From Armatimonadota bacterium (GTDB lineage Bacteria; Armatimonadota; Zipacnadia; Zipacnadales; UBA5352): a DNA stretch of 15,282 nucleotides. Location of the stretch: the NCBI GenBank assembly GCA_034722055.1, contig JAYENL010000029.1, forward strand, positions 33,191 through 48,472, in the 5' to 3' direction. Numbering within the stretch: the stretch's first letter is position 1; each line of letters starts with the position of its first letter. Of this stretch, positions 8,657-15,282 are shown one piece after another. The notes under the pieces are model-generated. The model was not told where the DNA came from. It did not search any database and saw only the letters and a program-made list of their open reading frames with translations. The translations under genes and the position numbers were made by a program.

Positions 8657-9040
8657 ATGCGCCATGGTCGCGATGAGCCGCGCTATCAGATAGGGATCGC
8701 CGCACGCATGCTGGATTGCCATCCGCAGACGCTGCGCCTCTACGAGCGCGAGGGGTTGATCGAGCCCGACCGCACCGAGGCCGGCGTCCGGCTCTACTGC
8801 GACGCCGACATCGAGCTATTGCGGCGCATCCAGCGCTTCACGCAGGAGCTGGGCGTCAACCTGGCGGGTGTCTCCATCATCCTGCGGCTGCTGGATCAGA
8901 TCGAGGAGCTGCAGGCCGAGGTGGAGCGCATGCGGGCGCAGATCGACCATGGCCCCAAGGCCCTGGGCCCGGCCCGCGTCCGGCCGCGGCGCCGCGGCGT
9001 GACCGTGCGCATCGAGGATGCCCGAGAGGTCGAGGGGTGA
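8657..9040 (+). CDS. hspR: MerR-family heat-shock repressor, HspR-like
   Basis: YQIGIAARMLDCHPQTLRLYEREGLIEPDRT...RLY...GVNLAGV signature; directly after dnaJ. Confidence 0.88.
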   Translation: MRHGRDEPRYQIGIAARMLDCHPQTLRLYEREGLIEPDRTEAGVRLYCDADIELLRRIQRFTQELGVNLAGVSIILRLLDQIEELQAEVERMRAQIDHGPKALGPARVRPRRRGVTVRIEDAREVEG

Positions 9041-9384
9041 TGGCTGAGGCCCGGCGCGCGACCGATCTGCCCCAGCAGGTGCAGGAGGTCGTGGACAGGA
9101 TCGTGGAGGGCTACGATCCGGAGAAGATCATCATCTTCGGCTCCTTCGCCCGGGGCACATGGACTGAGGACAGCGACCTGGACCTGCTGGTGATCAAGGA
9201 CACTGACGCGCGGTGGCTGGACCGGGTGGTCGAGGTGTCCGGGTTTTGCACACCTCGTTTGCTCTCCATGGATATCATCGTCAGCACGCCTCGTGAGGTC
9301 CGAGACGCCTTGCCTCATAGCGAGCTGTTCATGCGCGAGGTCATGAGAGAGGGAGTCGTGGCGTATCAGCGACAAGGCGAATGA
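9040..9384 (+). CDS. Minimal nucleotidyltransferase (MNT, MntA-like antitoxin)
   Basis: ATG at 9040 overlaps the hspR TGA (TGATG). 114 aa with FGSFARG...DSDLDLLV and C-terminal EGVVAY. Confidence 0.88.
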   Translation: MAEARRATDLPQQVQEVVDRIVEGYDPEKIIIFGSFARGTWTEDSDLDLLVIKDTDARWLDRVVEVSGFCTPRLLSMDIIVSTPREVRDALPHSELFMREVMREGVVAYQRQGE

Positions 9385-9469
9385 ACTGCGCCGCGATGCG
9401 GCGGCGTGGGTGCGCAAGGCTGAGGGAGACAGGGGCTTGGCGCTCGATGCCGACGAGGAACTCGCCTAG
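9365..9469 (+). pseudogene. HEPN-domain toxin remnant (N-terminal ~34 codons, start codon lost)
   Basis: Frame overlapping the MNT end reads (ATC)SDKANELRRDAAAWVRKAEGDRGLALDADEELA*. WVRKAEGD matches the first HEPN helix. No ATG; early TAG. Confidence 0.6.
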
Positions 9470-9550
9470 TGGTGACTTGTGCAATTCCGCGTATGTTCAC
9501 GACGAGCGCACTCAGCGCTTAGTTGGGTTGGAGATGAGCGGCGTACGTAG

Positions 9551-9767
9551 TGGAGAGGCCGCCGGGCGCCTAGCGCCCGGTGAGGCCGGTGAGCGCAGCG
9601 AACCGGCCGAAGGTTCCACCCCGGCCCAGCACGCAGCTCTGGCCAGGGCCAAACGGCGTGCAGGCGAGGGCGCCTGCAGTACTTACGGCGTGGGCCGGGG
9701 TGGAACCTGAGCGGTGCGTTAGGAAACGCACCGCTCACCGCTCGCTTCGCTCGCGGCGGCCCCTCCA
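9551..9767. mobile_element. ~217-bp nested-palindrome element (REPIN/MITE-like or structured RNA)
   Basis: Terminal IR 9551-9564/9754-9767 (13/14), perfect 18-bp internal IR 9611-9628/9691-9708, and several additional hairpins. Confidence 0.55.
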
Positions 9768-9862
9768 TGGTGAGCACGAGCGTCTTGTCGTGACGCGGGA
9801 AGGTGCGCGACTAGGATAACGACGGCGGTAACAGCGCCGTGACTGGATAGACAGGTGACCCA

Positions 9863-12307
<2,445 letters not shown>

Positions 12308-12405
12308 AATGCCGGGGCTAGTTGTGCGCGGAAACCGTCTCACGGCAACGCGCCGTGAGATAAACATTGACGTCACACATACGATGAAGGGAGGACGAGA
12401 CGCAC

Positions 12406-12690
12406 ATGGGCATTCGGTTGCTGGGCAATCGGGTGATGGTCAGGCGCGCGGAGCCGGATACCACCGCGGGCGGCATCCATCTGCCCGAGGCCGCGCGGGA
12501 GACGCCACAGCGGGCGGAGGTCATCGCCGTCGGCGAGGGTGAGAAGTTCGATGAGGAGACGGTCGTGCCTCCGGACGTCGAGGAGGGCGACATGGTCATC
12601 ATCGCCAAGTTCGGCGGCACGGAGATCACCATCGATGGCGAGGAGTACCTGATCATGGAGGCCGACGACATCCTCGCCAAGGAAGTGTAG
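12406..12690 (+). CDS. groES: Co-chaperonin GroES
   Basis: 94 aa. GNRVMV..TAGGIHLP..VIAVGEG..KFGGTEITIDGEEYLIM..DIL. GGAGG RBS. Confidence 0.96.
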   Translation: MGIRLLGNRVMVRRAEPDTTAGGIHLPEAARETPQRAEVIAVGEGEKFDEETVVPPDVEEGDMVIIAKFGGTEITIDGEEYLIMEADDILAKEV

Positions 12691-12736
12691 GTTGCTCGCG
12701 TCCTCAGACCACTAGGAGAGAGGGAGAAGCACGCAA

Positions 12737-14326
<1,590 letters not shown>

Positions 14327-14360
14327 GCCCCCTCTCCCGCCTGTGACCGAGTAGACCGAT

Positions 14361-14392
14361 GCGGGGCGGGCCACTGCGGCTCGCCCCGCTTT
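14361..14392 (+). terminator. Probable intrinsic terminator after groEL
   Basis: GCGGGGCGGGCC-ACTGC-GGCTCGCCCCGC followed by a short TTT. Confidence 0.6.
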
Positions 14393-14427
14393 GCCACCAA
14401 TCCCCACGGCCGCTCTGGAGCCGCCGC

Positions 14428-15162
14428 ATGATCCCGCTTCGAGACAACATCCGCTCGCGCAGCTTCCCCTACGTCAACGTGGCGATCATCGTCGCCTGCG
14501 TCATCGTCTACTTTCTGGAGCTGCGCGTGGGGCCCCAGACCGCCATCGAGCAGTGGGCCTTCCGCCCCGGCGACCTGGTGCCGGGCGGCCCTTCAGGCCT
14601 GAGCCACGCCGTCACCGCCCTCGTGCTCTCGATGTTCATGCACGACGCACCGTTACCATGGCACATCCTGGGGAATATGCTCTTCTTGTGGATTTTCGGC
14701 GATAACGTCGAGGATCGCATGGGGCACGCGAAGTACCTGCTCTTCTATGTCATCTGCGGGACGGCGGCCACCGTCACACACTCCGCGTTCGCCCTCATCA
14801 CTGGGGCCTCAAGCCTGCCCATGGTGGGGGCCAGCGGCGCCATCGCCGGCGTGCTGGGAGCCTACTTCGTACTCTTCCGGCACTCCCGGGTGCGCACGCT
14901 TGTGCCCGTGTTCTTCATGTTCATGGTGTGGGATATTCCATCCCCCATCTTCCTCATCTACTGGCTTGTCCTTCAGGTCTTCAGCATCGGCATGAGGACC
15001 GGCGTGGCCTACCTGGCGCACATCGGCGGCTTTGGCGCGGGCTACCTCCTGGTTCGGCTGTTCGCCGACACGGGCAGGCGACCGCCACCCGACGAGCGCC
15101 GGCCGCCCCGTCCCCCACCACCTCCCCGCCCACCCCGCATCACACGGCTGCGCATCGAGTAG
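14428..15162 (+). CDS. Rhomboid-family intramembrane serine protease
   Basis: Likely start MIPLRDN at 14428 (GGAG RBS). HILGNM, FGDNVEDRMG, GASGA (catalytic Ser), AHIGG (His), several TM helices, Pro-rich C-tail. Confidence 0.93.
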   Translation: MIPLRDNIRSRSFPYVNVAIIVACVIVYFLELRVGPQTAIEQWAFRPGDLVPGGPSGLSHAVTALVLSMFMHDAPLPWHILGNMLFLWIFGDNVEDRMGHAKYLLFYVICGTAATVTHSAFALITGASSLPMVGASGAIAGVLGAYFVLFRHSRVRTLVPVFFMFMVWDIPSPIFLIYWLVLQVFSIGMRTGVAYLAHIGGFGAGYLLVRLFADTGRRPPPDERRPPRPPPPPRPPRITRLRIE

Positions 15163-15220
15163 CGCTTCAGGCGACGAGCTACGAGTGGCCAGCTACGAGC
15201 AACGACGGTGGGGGGCTGAC

Positions 15221-15282
15221 CGTCAGGAGAGGCGCGCTTCCCTGTCCGCCCGGCCGTTGCCGTTCTGTTTGGAGGGGCGGGC
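15221..15282 (+). repeat. REP-like 37-bp copy (15221-15257) plus the start of another copy cut by the window end
   Basis: CGTCAGGAGAGGCGCGCTTCCCTGTCCGCCCGGCCGT is the reverse-complement version of the 272/338 unit. GTTTGGAGGGGCGGG at the window end matches the reverse complement of the 6880 copy. Confidence 0.8.

Noticed and set aside
8716..9384. 222-aa ORF as a single protein
   Set aside because: The N-terminal half is an off-frame overlap of hspR; the real MNT most likely starts at ATG 9040.
9381..9710. 109-aa ORF after the MNT as the HEPN toxin
   Set aside because: The HEPN-like residues are in a different frame (9365-9469), and this ORF runs through the palindromic element with no domain features.
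12308..12405. CIRCE or a separate promoter for groES
   Set aside because: No TTAGCACTC-N9-GAGTGCTAA, and TTGACG at 12367 has no properly spaced -10.
15173..15206. Short AGCTACGAG duplication after the rhomboid gene
   Set aside because: Two 9-bp copies only; too short to interpret.

Overview
GC-rich bacterial chromosomal DNA. Left part, minus strand: a partial Gfo/Idh/MocA oxidoreductase, an atypical sulfatase-fold hydrolase with Thr at the Cys/Ser nucleophile position, and an SphI-like type II restriction-modification pair (Dam/D12-class m6A methylase + HNH endonuclease) preceded by its own promoter and an orphan ORF. Divergent from this, a near-consensus sigma70/sigmaA promoter overlapped by a HAIR-like inverted repeat leads into an ~11 kb co-oriented protein quality-control cluster: dnaK, two hsp20 genes, dnaJ, hspR-like MerR regulator, an MNT nucleotidyltransferase with a decayed HEPN partner, a ~217-bp nested-palindrome element, an atypical Hsp100 (ClpB-like N-domain, short ClpC-like M-domain, no ClpP-docking loop), groES, groEL (acidic tail, no GGM repeats) and a rhomboid protease. 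There is no grpE, hrcA or CIRCE in the window. A 37-bp REP-like palindrome family occurs in three intergenic regions. All calls come from reading motifs by eye; no database searches were run.
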